In this document: in pieces, positions 16,130-26,020 of the stretch
Numbering within the stretch: the first letter of the stretch is position 1
How the letters are laid out: each line of letters starts with the position of its first letter
Assembly: GCA_027319565.1 (NCBI GenBank)
Contig: DAHVNA010000008.1
Span: 1-54,215, forward strand
Length of the DNA: 54,215 bases
Reading direction: 5' to 3'
Source of the DNA: Elusimicrobiota bacterium
GTDB lineage: Bacteria; Elusimicrobiota; Elusimicrobia; UBA1565; UBA9628
The notes under the pieces: generated by a model
What the model was told of the DNA's origin: nothing
Databases searched by the model: none
Seen by the model: only the letters and a program-made list of their open reading frames with translations
Position numbers and translations under genes: made by a program

Positions 16130-17151
16130 TTAAGAGCTCCTAAAAGCGCGTGATTAGTTTTATGCGTACGCATTAACTCCAGCAAAGACTTTAAAGCTTC
16201 GATGTCGCCCTTGTCCGCCAAAAGCCTTCTCAGCTTCCAGACTCCTTCAAGCACATCGGGCGGGAACAATTTTTCTTCCTTTCTGGTCCCGGAATCCCGA
16301 ACCTTCATCGCCGGGAAAAGCCGCATCTCCGCGGCTTGCCGTGAAAGGACGATTTCCATGTTCCCCGTGCCTTTAAACTCTTGGAATATAATATCATCCA
16401 TCTTGCTACCGGTGTCAACCAGGATCGTCGCGATAATCGTGAGTGATCCTCCTTCCTCAAGCTTGCGCGCGGCCCCAAAAAAGCGACGCGGGACTTCCAT
16501 CGCGCGGGAATCAAGACCTCCGGTCATGGTCCTTGATCCTCCCGCGAACTGATTATGGACGCGCGAAAGCCGGGTCAAGGAATCCAGGAGAATCAAGACA
16601 TCCGCGCCCCCAGCCGCGTCGGCTATCGCCTTACCCATCAGCGCTTCCGCCGTCGCCACATGTTCTTGATAGCTCTTATCGCTAGAGGAAGCCGAGACCT
16701 CGGCTTTAACGCTTCTTTTAAAATCAGTCACTTCCTCAGGACGTTCATCCACCAAAAGGCAGTACTGCTTTATGTTGGGGTCTACCGCGTAAACGGTATT
16801 CGACAGCGATTTTAGAATCGTGGTTTTTCCCGCTTTCGGAGGAGCCACAATCAGCCCGCGAGTGCCGCGGCCGATGGGGCATAATAAATCCATCGCGCGC
16901 ATCGTCAAATCCGAGGATCCCTTTTCCAACTGAATCCACTGCTGCGGATCGATAGGCGTTTTGTCGGCAAAGGCTTTTTCTATCTCGCTTAAAACCCGCG
17001 GCGCGCGCGCCTCCAAGGTCTTCATCCCGCCGGAATTGGGATTGTTTTGCCTTTTATTCCACCTTTGTCCAGGACGATTGCGGTAATGCGGGCGAAAGCG
17101 CTTTCGCCCAAAATGCCCGCCGCCCGATCCTTGTTTTTCAGAATTATTCAT
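16126..17151 (-). CDS. rho: Transcription termination factor Rho, short form lacking the N-terminal RNA-binding domain
   Basis: PIGRGTRGLIVAPPKAGKT, DERPEEVTD, LDSLTRL, FFGAAR, EFKGTGNME and SGTRKEE. Only 60 aa precede the motor domain. Confidence 0.9.
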   Translation of the reverse strand: MNNSEKQGSGGGHFGRKRFRPHYRNRPGQRWNKRQNNPNSGGMKTLEARAPRVLSEIEKAFADKTPIDPQQWIQLEKGSSDLTMRAMDLLCPIGRGTRGLIVAPPKAGKTTILKSLSNTVYAVDPNIKQYCLLVDERPEEVTDFKRSVKAEVSASSSDKSYQEHVATAEALMGKAIADAAGGADVLILLDSLTRLSRVHNQFAGGSRTMTGGLDSRAMEVPRRFFGAARKLEEGGSLTIIATILVDTGSKMDDIIFQEFKGTGNMEIVLSRQAAEMRLFPAMKVRDSGTRKEEKLFPPDVLEGVWKLRRLLADKGDIEALKSLLELMRTHKTNHALLGALK

Positions 17152-17752
17152 GCCTTCTTCCTCCGCTACCCTTATTTATTTTCTTGAGTTCCGTAAAATA
17201 TCCCGGCCACCGAATATCCAAGGCTTCCACCAGATGGGTCATCAGCAGTCCCGCCGCCTCTAAAACGACAGCCGACTGAGGAGCCGGAAAAAAATATTTT
17301 TCCGCCCCATGATCCCAGGGAACGCTGCCGGTTTTAGAATAAAATTTGGGAGACTTAAGCTCGATGAATATCTCCCTTAACAAGCTCTCAAAATTAAGAT
17401 GCGCCGCGCGCGATGACCAAAAATTCTCGCGCCAAGAGGCTTTCCAATCCGGTTTCGAGATTTCAGACAACGCCTCTTCCGCGCGGCTAGAGGAGTCTTT
17501 TTCCATAATCCAACGAGACCACGCCGACAAAATGGCCAAGGTCTTTAAAACCGACAAGGCTTCGATTTCATGACCATGAGAAACGAGGAGAGCTATCGCG
17601 TTTGAAGACGCGACTGATCGCGAAGCGAATACGACCAAAATAGAATCGACCGGATTTGCAAAATCGATGTCTTTACCCAAGCGGCTTAAACCATTATCGA
17701 TAGAAGCCTTGGCCCGCGCCATTAAAGAAATTGTTTCGTTCATGTTATTCAA
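17144..17752 (-). CDS. Hypothetical helical protein (weak resemblance to DUF5677-like proteins)
   Basis: 202-aa ORF that exactly fills the murI-rho gap, with 8-nt overlaps at both ends. The family resemblance is by eye only. Confidence 0.7.
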   Translation of the reverse strand: MNNMNETISLMARAKASIDNGLSRLGKDIDFANPVDSILVVFASRSVASSNAIALLVSHGHEIEALSVLKTLAILSAWSRWIMEKDSSSRAEEALSEISKPDWKASWRENFWSSRAAHLNFESLLREIFIELKSPKFYSKTGSVPWDHGAEKYFFPAPQSAVVLEAAGLLMTHLVEALDIRWPGYFTELKKINKGSGGRRHE

Positions 17753-18584
17753 AGTTTTTCTTTAAAACCCGCTTAACTAAAATAGACGATCCCAAAAATC
17801 TCCGGGAGAGCCTGAGAAATCTCTCGGGATCATCGGAAACATAAAAGCGAGACCAACCGCGCCCGCTCCTCTTCCTTAAATTGAGAGACTCAAGCGTCTT
17901 TTCAAACTCTTGAGCGGTTTGTTCCCCCGAATCAATCAAAGACACATTGTTTCCCATCACGCGGGAAATAACCGGTTTGATGACCGGATAATGGGTGCAT
18001 CCCAAAACCAATGAATCAACCCGGGCTTTTTGAAGAGGCTTAAGATATATCCGCGCCACCTCTTCGGTCACTCCGTATTTCCACCATCCCTCTTCGACCA
18101 AGGGGACAAAAAGCGGACACGCCACTTCAAAAACGCGGGCCTGGGAAGAAAATCTTTTAATTTCGGCGGCATATGCCCCAGAGCGAACGGTTCCCTCGGT
18201 TCCAATGACCCCAATTCTGCGAAATCCCCTCCGCACGCAAGCCCGCGCTCCAGGGACGATCACTCCCTCAACCGGAACCGAAACCGCTTTTTTAATCGCG
18301 GATAGAGCGACCGCTGATGAGGTGTTGCACGCGACCACCAGCGCCTTAATTTTTTGCTGGCAAAGAAAGTGGGCGATTTCAACCGAAAACTGAATAATCG
18401 AAGCCCGCGATTTTGAGCCATAAGGCAAATGAGCCGTGTCCCCGAAATAAATCATGTTCTCTTGCGGCATTAATTTGCGCAACGCCTTAAAAACAGTCAA
18501 GCCCCCGATTCCAGAGTCAAAAATTCCGATGGGACACTCGGCTTTTAAGCCGCTATTTTTTTGGATGATTGATTTTTTTTGCAT
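17745..18584 (-). CDS. murI: Glutamate racemase
   Basis: IGIFDSGIGGLTV, PYGSK, VACNTSS and LGCTHYP. The start codon is uncertain. Confidence 0.95.
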   Translation of the reverse strand: MQKKSIIQKNSGLKAECPIGIFDSGIGGLTVFKALRKLMPQENMIYFGDTAHLPYGSKSRASIIQFSVEIAHFLCQQKIKALVVACNTSSAVALSAIKKAVSVPVEGVIVPGARACVRRGFRRIGVIGTEGTVRSGAYAAEIKRFSSQARVFEVACPLFVPLVEEGWWKYGVTEEVARIYLKPLQKARVDSLVLGCTHYPVIKPVISRVMGNNVSLIDSGEQTAQEFEKTLESLNLRKRSGRGWSRFYVSDDPERFLRLSRRFLGSSILVKRVLKKNFE

Positions 18585-19788
18585 ATTCCACAATGCCGGT
18601 GTATAAGCCGCGCATGAGGCGCTGGCGAAAACTTTCGCTCCTTAAATCTCGCTCATCCTTGGGATTGGTCAAATATCCCATCTCAAAAAGGATGGCCGGC
18701 GCATGGGTTCCTCTTAAAACATAAAACCCCGCTTGTTCAACTCCTCTGTCCGGAATATTGACTTCTCCGCTGGTCTCGCGCGAGACTAGCCCCGCGAATT
18801 CGGAAGAAGCGTTGACGTATTCCGTTTTCGATAATTCCCCCAAGAGCATCTGAACTTCCGCTTGCTGACGGAATTTAGATTCATAGTTAATCGAAGAGTT
18901 TTCAAACTCCGCCAAGCGCTGCGCATGCGGGTCGGAAGCCTTTTCCGACATAAAATAAGTCTCAAACCCGGAATCCCTGGGATTTTTAGCGGCGTTAGAA
19001 TGAAGAGACACAAATAAATCGGCTTTCCACCGATTGGCAATCTCCGAGCGTTTCGAAAGAGAGATAAAGGTGTCGTTATGCCGAGTCAATTTGACTTCAA
19101 AGACCCCCGTCTTTTTTAGCAAACGCGCAAGCTCGAGCGCGGCTTTGAGATTGATGTCTTTTTCAAGGGTCCCGTCAATTCCCCTGGCTCCGGGATCCTT
19201 GCCGCCATGCCCCGGATCGATGACGATGCGAAGCTTCCGAACCCAGATATGGCCATAGGGAACTTGGTTTTGAGCGCTGACAGGCGCCTGGGAGGGGGAA
19301 CTCGCCGCCGATACAATCGGGATAGGTTTTGACTCTCCGATCGTCAAAAGCGCCCTATGCTCATCAAAAAAGGCTGGCGTTCCGGACCAATCGGCGAAAG
19401 CGGGAGATTCCAAAAAAGAAACCGGAATCCAAGCCTCCGAAGCGTTCCATATCACCTGCGACTTAAGCGGAATGGAACGCCCCGACACCGAGGCCGCGTT
19501 GGCATTGGCCTCAAAAGCGAGGATATTTCCCGAGCGGCTTAACTCCACGATTTTTGACACCGGGCGCCAGTAGATTTGGGCCTTATACAGACGCGCCATT
19601 TCATCCGCGCTTAAAAAATAATTGGAGCCTAAGCGGTAGCCGGAAACTATTTTCGGAGGGTTGCCGGTATGGGCAAAGGCAATCGAAATCGGAGCCGCCG
19701 CCGCGAAAACGGAAAGCGGGAAAAGAAGCGGCGCCAAAATCAAAAAGCGGCGGAAGGCCCGAAAGGCCGGACTATTAATTTCGCTCAT
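18553..19788 (-). CDS. N-acetylmuramoyl-L-alanine amidase (Amidase_3, AmiC-like)
   Basis: Signal peptide, then IVIDPGHGGKDPGA, EKDINL, FVSLHSNA and PAILFEMGYLTN. Confidence 0.93.
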   Translation of the reverse strand: MSEINSPAFRAFRRFLILAPLLFPLSVFAAAAPISIAFAHTGNPPKIVSGYRLGSNYFLSADEMARLYKAQIYWRPVSKIVELSRSGNILAFEANANAASVSGRSIPLKSQVIWNASEAWIPVSFLESPAFADWSGTPAFFDEHRALLTIGESKPIPIVSAASSPSQAPVSAQNQVPYGHIWVRKLRIVIDPGHGGKDPGARGIDGTLEKDINLKAALELARLLKKTGVFEVKLTRHNDTFISLSKRSEIANRWKADLFVSLHSNAAKNPRDSGFETYFMSEKASDPHAQRLAEFENSSINYESKFRQQAEVQMLLGELSKTEYVNASSEFAGLVSRETSGEVNIPDRGVEQAGFYVLRGTHAPAILFEMGYLTNPKDERDLRSESFRQRLMRGLYTGIVEYAKKINHPKK

Positions 19789-21473
19789 TCGATGATAATG
19801 CGATAATCCTCCAAGGGAATCGTGGGGCTTGATTCAACCTTAATTGAACGTTGAATATTTTTTTCGATCATGCCTTGCTTGGATTTAAGAGACTCCGCAA
19901 TCAGGGGATGAACGCAAACGCGCACCTGACCTCCGGGGCGGCCGCGCGTCATATCGATAATCTCTTCCTGGATTTTAATGCGCATCGTCTCTTCAGATAA
20001 AACCCGCCCTGAGCCGTGGCATTCCCGGCATTCCTGGGTGATTAACTTGACCGTGGATTCGCGCTTGCGCTCCCGCGTCAACTCAATTAAGCCAAGCCTA
20101 GTAATCGGGAGAATGCGGATCTTCGCGCGGTCTCCTCTCAAGGCCGCCGCAAAAGCTTCCATGACTTTGTTTCTATTGGAAGCCTTTTTCATGTCGATAA
20201 AATCAACGACGATAATGCCGCCGATATTTCTCAAGCGCAATTGATGCGCCACTTCCTTTGCCGCCTCGATATTGGTTTGAGTGACGGTTTCTTCTTGGGA
20301 TTTAGAACCGGTAAAGCGTCCGGTATTGACGTCGATGGCGCAAAGAGATTCCGCCTCTTGGATGACTATGGAGCCGCCATTAGGCAGAGAAACGACGGGC
20401 TTACGCATTTTCTCGATCCCCTCTTCAATCTTAAACGCCTTAAAAATCGGGGTTTTTCCGTCATAGAACTGGATTCTCTTTTTAAGCTCCGGCGAAATTT
20501 TATCGATGAATTCGGATAAACGCTCGCAGGTCTCTTTGTTGTCGCACAAAAAGATTGCGACATCTTCAGAGAGAATATCGCGAGCGACCTGAAGGGTCAA
20601 ATCCAAATCTTTGTGGAGAAGAGCGGGCGCTGGCTCGTTTTGCATCTTCTTTTGGATATCTTCCCAAAGGCTCAACAAATAGCGCACTTCGCGCTCAAGT
20701 TCTTGCGCTGGAACTCCCTCCGCTTCGGTTCTCGCGACCAAGCCCTTGCCTCCCAAGATTCCGGAAACAAAGCCCTGCATCAAGGCGGAAAGCCTCGCCC
20801 TCTCATCGGAATTCTCGATATTCTTAGAAACTCCCGCGAAATTCTCAAATGGCGTAAACACCACATACCGCCCCGGAAGACTAATGGCCATCGTCACCTT
20901 CATCCCCTTGGTCCCAATCGCCTCCTTGGCGACCTGGATCATGACCGGTTGATTTTTTTTCAGGATGGACTCAATTCCGGCATTTTTATCTCCCAGAACG
21001 TCCGATATATAAAGGTAAGCGTTTTTATCGTAGCCAATATTGATGAAGGCAGAAGAGATTCCAGGAAGAACGTTTTCAATCACTCCCTTGTAAATATTGC
21101 CAACCAGATTTTGCTGGTTTTTTCGCTCCCAGAAAAGCTCGACTAACTTTCCATTCTCCAGGATCGCGATCCGAACTTCCTCGCTGTTGACGTTGGCGAG
21201 AATTTCTCTTTTGACCGGAGCCGCCGGCAAGGGAGCGCCGGAATTTTCCGAGGCGGCCGCATGGGATTCATGCGGGCGGTGTCCATTTCCATGTTTCTGG
21301 CCTTGGTGTTCCGACTTTCTCTGGGGTTGGAAACGCCGGCGTCTCTGCCTGCGCTTATCATCCATACCCACGGGCGCCGGAGATGCGGTTTTTTCCAAAG
21401 CCTCCGCCGGCTCTTGAGCCGCTACCACCTCTTCTTTTAAATCTTCTTTTTGCGAAATTTCTTCTTCAGACAT
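19785..21473 (-). CDS. Rne/Rng-family ribonuclease with an N-terminal disordered extension
   Basis: S1 domain GNIYKGVIENVLPG, IDVNTG, LRLRNIGGIIVVDFIDM and Zn-link CRECHGSG. Start set at ATG 21473, 6 nt after AGGAGG. Confidence 0.93.
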   Translation of the reverse strand: MSEEEISQKEDLKEEVVAAQEPAEALEKTASPAPVGMDDKRRQRRRRFQPQRKSEHQGQKHGNGHRPHESHAAASENSGAPLPAAPVKREILANVNSEEVRIAILENGKLVELFWERKNQQNLVGNIYKGVIENVLPGISSAFINIGYDKNAYLYISDVLGDKNAGIESILKKNQPVMIQVAKEAIGTKGMKVTMAISLPGRYVVFTPFENFAGVSKNIENSDERARLSALMQGFVSGILGGKGLVARTEAEGVPAQELEREVRYLLSLWEDIQKKMQNEPAPALLHKDLDLTLQVARDILSEDVAIFLCDNKETCERLSEFIDKISPELKKRIQFYDGKTPIFKAFKIEEGIEKMRKPVVSLPNGGSIVIQEAESLCAIDVNTGRFTGSKSQEETVTQTNIEAAKEVAHQLRLRNIGGIIVVDFIDMKKASNRNKVMEAFAAALRGDRAKIRILPITRLGLIELTRERKRESTVKLITQECRECHGSGRVLSEETMRIKIQEEIIDMTRGRPGGQVRVCVHPLIAESLKSKQGMIEKNIQRSIKVESSPTIPLEDYRIIIE

Positions 21474-21493
21474 GACCATCCTCCTATCAAATT

Positions 21494-22837
21494 TTATAAA
21501 AGCGCGTACTTGCGCCTACCGACATTAGCGACAATTCCTAAAGACCATAAACTAGCCATCAAGCTGGATCCTCCGTAGGAAATTAAAGGAAGCGGAATTC
21601 CCGCCACCGGAAAAAGCCCCAGACACATTCCGACATTTAAAATGAAGTCAAAAGCGAACATCGCGGCGATCCCGCAACAGACTAAATATCCGTATCGATC
21701 GCGGGCATTAACGCCAATCTCCGTAATCCGCCAAATCATCCCCAAGTAAAGAAGAATGACAATCACCGCGCCGACAAAACCCATCTCTTCTCCAATGACG
21801 GAATAAATAAAATCCGTGTGTCTCTCTGGGAGAAAACCCAATTGAGACTGGGTCCCGGAGAAAAGACCTTTCCCAATAAATCCGCCCGAACCGATGGCAA
21901 TCTGGGATTGGTGGACGTGGTAAGCCGCCCCATGAATATCCGAATGGGGATTAATATAAGCGGTAAATCGGCTCTTTTGATATCCTTTCAGCTTATGGCT
22001 GACCGCGATTCCCAGCAACACCCCGGAGGTCAATATCAGCCAAAAAGCGAGAAACAAACTCGCTCTTAAACGCCAGCGCATTAAAAAATTAACGTAATAG
22101 GCCGCTCCGAAAATAGCGGCTAAAACTAAAATAAAAATGAACTCGAACAACTTAGACTGAAACACCTCCATAAAAAGATAAAGCGAACTTCCCGCGCCTG
22201 GATGGGGATAATAAGAGCCTAGAAACAAATAGAGAAACGGCATTAAAGCCGCAGTGACAGAAAACAGGCCAAGGCCAGACAAGTATTCCCATCCGGCGCC
22301 GGCGCAAAAAAGCATCGTAAAAAAAATAGGAAACAAAGTTAAAGTCATCGAGAAATCAGGCTGTTTAACAATCAAAGCGACGATCGGGATAATAGCCGCC
22401 AGAGATACAAAGATCGTTGAAAGGTATTCCATCTTGAGGGCTCTCTTATCAAAGATCGCGGCCAAAATTAATATCATTCCCACCCGAGCGAACTCGGAGG
22501 GCTGCAAAGCGAAGAAGCCGAGTTGTATCCAAGAGCGGTGCCCCTTATGGACGGTCCCCACGATCAAAACCGCGACTAAGCAAGAAATGACGAGCCCATA
22601 AACAGTCCAGAATTGATCTTCATAAACCTCATAGGCGAAGTTGGCCGCAACAGTGAAAATAAACAGACCGAAAAGCATCGCGGAAAAATGCCGTTCCAAA
22701 GCTTGATGGTAGTATGGAAGCGGATGCGTGGCAGAGAAAACAGCCAAACTCCCGAGGATTAAGAGAGACAATACTGATCCCAAAAAAACGCCGTCAAGAC
22801 GGCTCTTTCTAACTGGAGAACGAGGGACTCCGATCAC
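21494..22837 (-). CDS. rodA: Rod shape-determining SEDS glycosyltransferase RodA
   Basis: QPSEF, QPDF, AIGSGG..GKG, FLPERHTDFI and GIPLPLISYGGSS. Follows mrdA. Confidence 0.95.
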   Translation of the reverse strand: MIGVPRSPVRKSRLDGVFLGSVLSLLILGSLAVFSATHPLPYYHQALERHFSAMLFGLFIFTVAANFAYEVYEDQFWTVYGLVISCLVAVLIVGTVHKGHRSWIQLGFFALQPSEFARVGMILILAAIFDKRALKMEYLSTIFVSLAAIIPIVALIVKQPDFSMTLTLFPIFFTMLFCAGAGWEYLSGLGLFSVTAALMPFLYLFLGSYYPHPGAGSSLYLFMEVFQSKLFEFIFILVLAAIFGAAYYVNFLMRWRLRASLFLAFWLILTSGVLLGIAVSHKLKGYQKSRFTAYINPHSDIHGAAYHVHQSQIAIGSGGFIGKGLFSGTQSQLGFLPERHTDFIYSVIGEEMGFVGAVIVILLYLGMIWRITEIGVNARDRYGYLVCCGIAAMFAFDFILNVGMCLGLFPVAGIPLPLISYGGSSLMASLWSLGIVANVGRRKYALL

Positions 22838-24672
22838 AGCGTTTCTCCTTTTTGAGAAGAGCCAATTTTTTTAGGAGAAAATTTAGGCCATTGATATTGA
22901 GATTTTTTTCCGACTCGAAAATCCGCGGCAATGACCTGCCTGGCGATAGGAACAGCGGCCGAGGCTCCATGACCCCCGTTTTCAACTAGAACCGACACCG
23001 CAATCGACGGGGCTTGCCCGGGTTTTCCCGCGAAAGCGATAAACCAAGCATGGTCTTTCCCTGATGAATTCTGCGCGGTTCCGGTCTTCCCCCAAACCTG
23101 AATCCCTTTAATATAAGCTCCTCTGGCGGTTCCAGAGGCAACGACCAAGGACATCGCCTCATCAAGCAAATTCCAGGTCTTATTACTGACTCGAACAAAA
23201 CCAAGCTGATGGGGATTTTCCCTTAAAATTTCGCCTCCGTCCTTGGAATCGATAGAACTCAGATATTGAGGCCGCCAGAGAGTCCCGTGATTAGCCAAGG
23301 CCGCAGTAACGACCGCCATCTGAAGCGGCGTAACCAGAAGCCGGCCTTGGCCGATCGCGAGATTAAGCGTGTCTCCGCCGATCCAAGGCTTACCTCTTTT
23401 CATGGAGGTCTCAGGACCAAATAAATTGCCCGCTTCCTCGCCCTTTAAAGCGATTCCAGTTTTTTGTCCCAAATGAAAGAGCTTGGAGTATTTCTCGATT
23501 AAATCCGCGCCGATGAGAAGACCCATCTTGTAGAAATAGACATCGCAAGACTGGGCGAACGCGGTCAAAAAATCGACATTCCCATGTCCGCGATGATCCC
23601 AGCATAAGAAAGTTCTTCGCCCCAGCCTAAAATATCCAGGACAGAAAATAATCTGGGCCGGATTTAATTTCCCCTCGTTAATTCCGGCGACAGAAACGAT
23701 CGTTTTAAACGTCGATCCCGGCGCATAAAGCCCGGAAATTGCGCGGTCAAATTCCGGCACGGAAGAAGGCACAAAGGTGGAATAATCCACGGAAAAAGGA
23801 TCCGCTCCCAAAAGCGCGTTCGGGTCAAAACTAGGAGCCGCCGCGAAAGCGAGAATGTCTCCATTGGATGGATCCACGGCAATCACGGCCCCTCTTTGAG
23901 TCGCGGTATGGCGAAGGCCTTCATCGGCGGCCCGTTGAACAATGGCATCTATTGTCAGATGAATATTTCTCCCATCTTTCCATGGAAGCCGCTTTAGAAT
24001 TTTCTGAATCCGCCCTTGCGCGTCGACCTCTATTTTGACGGCGCCGTCTGTTCCGCGCAATTGTTTTTCAAAAATCGATTCAAGCCCTAACTGCCCGATT
24101 CGGGAATCCATGCGATAATTCCTGTTTTTCAGCCTCGCCCATTGCCGCGGGGTAATTTTGCCCATATAACCGATCAAGTGGCTGGCAAAAGGCCCGAAAG
24201 GGTAATAGCGCCGAGCTTCAAGAACCAAATCTATTCCCGGATAAAAAGGCTTGAGTTCGGAAAGACGAAACATCACCGGAATGGAGAGGTTTTCGGCGAT
24301 GCGCAAAGCCTCTCTTGACTGCCGCGCTTGGCGCAATTTCTCCAATATCGTCTTCGGGTCTTGACGCAGGATTTGGCTTAATTCCTCGGCTAAGCGGTTG
24401 AGTTCCTTCTGGTGAGCCTCTCGCGATGGGGGAAGATAAATGAGAGAAAAAACCGGTTCATTGGTCGCCAAAGGAATCCCGTTTCTGTCATAAATAATTC
24501 CCCGGGGAGCGGTCTGATAGACCATCTCGGTTCGATTTCGGTTCGCAGCCGACTCGTAAGCCGCTTTTTCCAGAATCTGCATCTGAAAAAGTCGCAGGAC
24601 TAGCACGGCCGCGACAACGGCAAACCCAGCCAGAAGCAACTGCAGCCTTTCAGGGGAAAAATTTCTTTTCAT
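22834..24672 (-). CDS. mrdA: Penicillin-binding protein 2
   Basis: APRGIIYDRNG, PGSTFK (SxxK), SCD (SxD) and GKTGTAQ. Lies in the mre operon. Confidence 0.95.
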   Translation of the reverse strand: MKRNFSPERLQLLLAGFAVVAAVLVLRLFQMQILEKAAYESAANRNRTEMVYQTAPRGIIYDRNGIPLATNEPVFSLIYLPPSREAHQKELNRLAEELSQILRQDPKTILEKLRQARQSREALRIAENLSIPVMFRLSELKPFYPGIDLVLEARRYYPFGPFASHLIGYMGKITPRQWARLKNRNYRMDSRIGQLGLESIFEKQLRGTDGAVKIEVDAQGRIQKILKRLPWKDGRNIHLTIDAIVQRAADEGLRHTATQRGAVIAVDPSNGDILAFAAAPSFDPNALLGADPFSVDYSTFVPSSVPEFDRAISGLYAPGSTFKTIVSVAGINEGKLNPAQIIFCPGYFRLGRRTFLCWDHRGHGNVDFLTAFAQSCDVYFYKMGLLIGADLIEKYSKLFHLGQKTGIALKGEEAGNLFGPETSMKRGKPWIGGDTLNLAIGQGRLLVTPLQMAVVTAALANHGTLWRPQYLSSIDSKDGGEILRENPHQLGFVRVSNKTWNLLDEAMSLVVASGTARGAYIKGIQVWGKTGTAQNSSGKDHAWFIAFAGKPGQAPSIAVSVLVENGGHGASAAVPIARQVIAADFRVGKKSQYQWPKFSPKKIGSSQKGETL

Positions 24673-25166
24673 GAAGCGATACTTCTAAACCTTGGCGCGG
24701 GGAGATAAGAATTGGGCCTCAACGCGGCCAAGATAAAGCAAAAAAATCCGTTGTAAAGAGGCTCAAGAATAAAGACAAGCCATCCCACCCATAGAAATTG
24801 GCCGGAGAAAATTAAAAAGACAAGCCCTAAAATCAGGCGGTAAAGAATCGTCGCGACGACAGCGACAATGGCCTGCGAAGCGGGAGTATTCATGTCCACC
24901 TGCTTCCGGAGAAGTCCAAGACCATATGAAATCAAGGTCAAAACTAAAGCCCGCGCTCCAAACAACTTAAGGCTAAGAGCATCCCACAAAAGGCCCCAGA
25001 AAAATCCGAAGATCATCGCTTCAACCGCGCCGCTCACAGCCGCCACATTGATCGTTAAAATCAATAGAATCTGAGGGTTAAGCCCCCGAAATGATAGATA
25101 GCGGGAAAAAATCCATTCTCCCAATAGCCCCAAGAAAAAAATCGTTAAGCGCTTGATCAATTTCAT
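24669..25166 (-). CDS. mreD: Rod shape-determining protein MreD
   Basis: Hydrophobic 165-aa protein with GFFWGLLWD, lying between mreC and mrdA. Confidence 0.88.
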   Translation of the reverse strand: MKLIKRLTIFFLGLLGEWIFSRYLSFRGLNPQILLILTINVAAVSGAVEAMIFGFFWGLLWDALSLKLFGARALVLTLISYGLGLLRKQVDMNTPASQAIVAVVATILYRLILGLVFLIFSGQFLWVGWLVFILEPLYNGFFCFILAALRPNSYLPAPRFRSIAS

Positions 25167-26020
25167 TGGCTAATTTTCGCCTTGTTGACCCCACGCCCCA
25201 CTAAAACCTCGTTAATCTCGGACGGCGACAGGGCCGGACGAACATCGGCGGATTTAAAAATCAAAAAAGGATCGACCGGATAGACCTTGACGACTGTTCC
25301 GATCAAAATAGAAGGCGGGAAACTGACGCTATTGGGCGAGGTATACACCTTTTCTCCTTCTTCCAAAGGAGCCTGAACCGGGAGATAACTAATCTGCAGA
25401 TTCGGGGAATCCGAACCTTGGATGAGGCCGTTAAATGATCCATGGGTATGGGAACTTTGGGAAACGATGAAAGAATCAATCGCTGAAAGATCGTTGGTCA
25501 ATAATTGAACGACTGCGGTATCGGAATTAACCTCAAGCACCCGGCCCACCGCCGCGAGGGTAGGGCCATCGGCGGCAAAGACCGGATCGTTAAGTTCGAC
25601 TCCCTTACTTTTTCCAGCGGAAATAATAAAATCCTGATACCAATCCGCGGGAGAGCGTTTGATGACCTGGGCCCAGACAAAAGAAAAAGAAACGCGCTTT
25701 TCTAAATCCATTTCGGAACGCAAGCGATCATTCTCGGTTTTCAAAGAATCGATTTCCGCATTCAGAGCCGGCTCCATTTTTATCTCGTCTTTTAATTCTC
25801 TATTTTGGATATCGGCCGACAAAAGATTTTTCAAGGAACGGGGGATTTCCGATATCCGTCTAAGGCCGTCGGCCCCCTGGTAGAGCCCCGGATCGATGAG
25901 GTATTGCAGAGAAATTTTAAAAGAAGCGACCGGCGCGGACAAAGGCAATGATAATAAGAGAATGGAAATCCCAATAAAAAAAATCGCCAGTCGATTGGCT
26001 AGCCGCAACTCGCGGTGCAT
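25163..26020 (-). CDS. mreC: Rod shape-determining protein MreC
   Basis: TM anchor, coiled coil (LKTENDRLR), AVGRV and FPPSILIGTV. Follows mreB. Confidence 0.9.
   Translation of the reverse strand: MHRELRLANRLAIFFIGISILLLSLPLSAPVASFKISLQYLIDPGLYQGADGLRRISEIPRSLKNLLSADIQNRELKDEIKMEPALNAEIDSLKTENDRLRSEMDLEKRVSFSFVWAQVIKRSPADWYQDFIISAGKSKGVELNDPVFAADGPTLAAVGRVLEVNSDTAVVQLLTNDLSAIDSFIVSQSSHTHGSFNGLIQGSDSPNLQISYLPVQAPLEEGEKVYTSPNSVSFPPSILIGTVVKVYPVDPFLIFKSADVRPALSPSEINEVLVGRGVNKAKISQ

Noticed and set aside
18553..18584. A8/A7 runs in the amidase-murI overlap as a programmed frameshift fusion
   Set aside because: murI is in the +1 frame, has its own ATG, and fusing an exported amidase to a cytoplasmic racemase is implausible.
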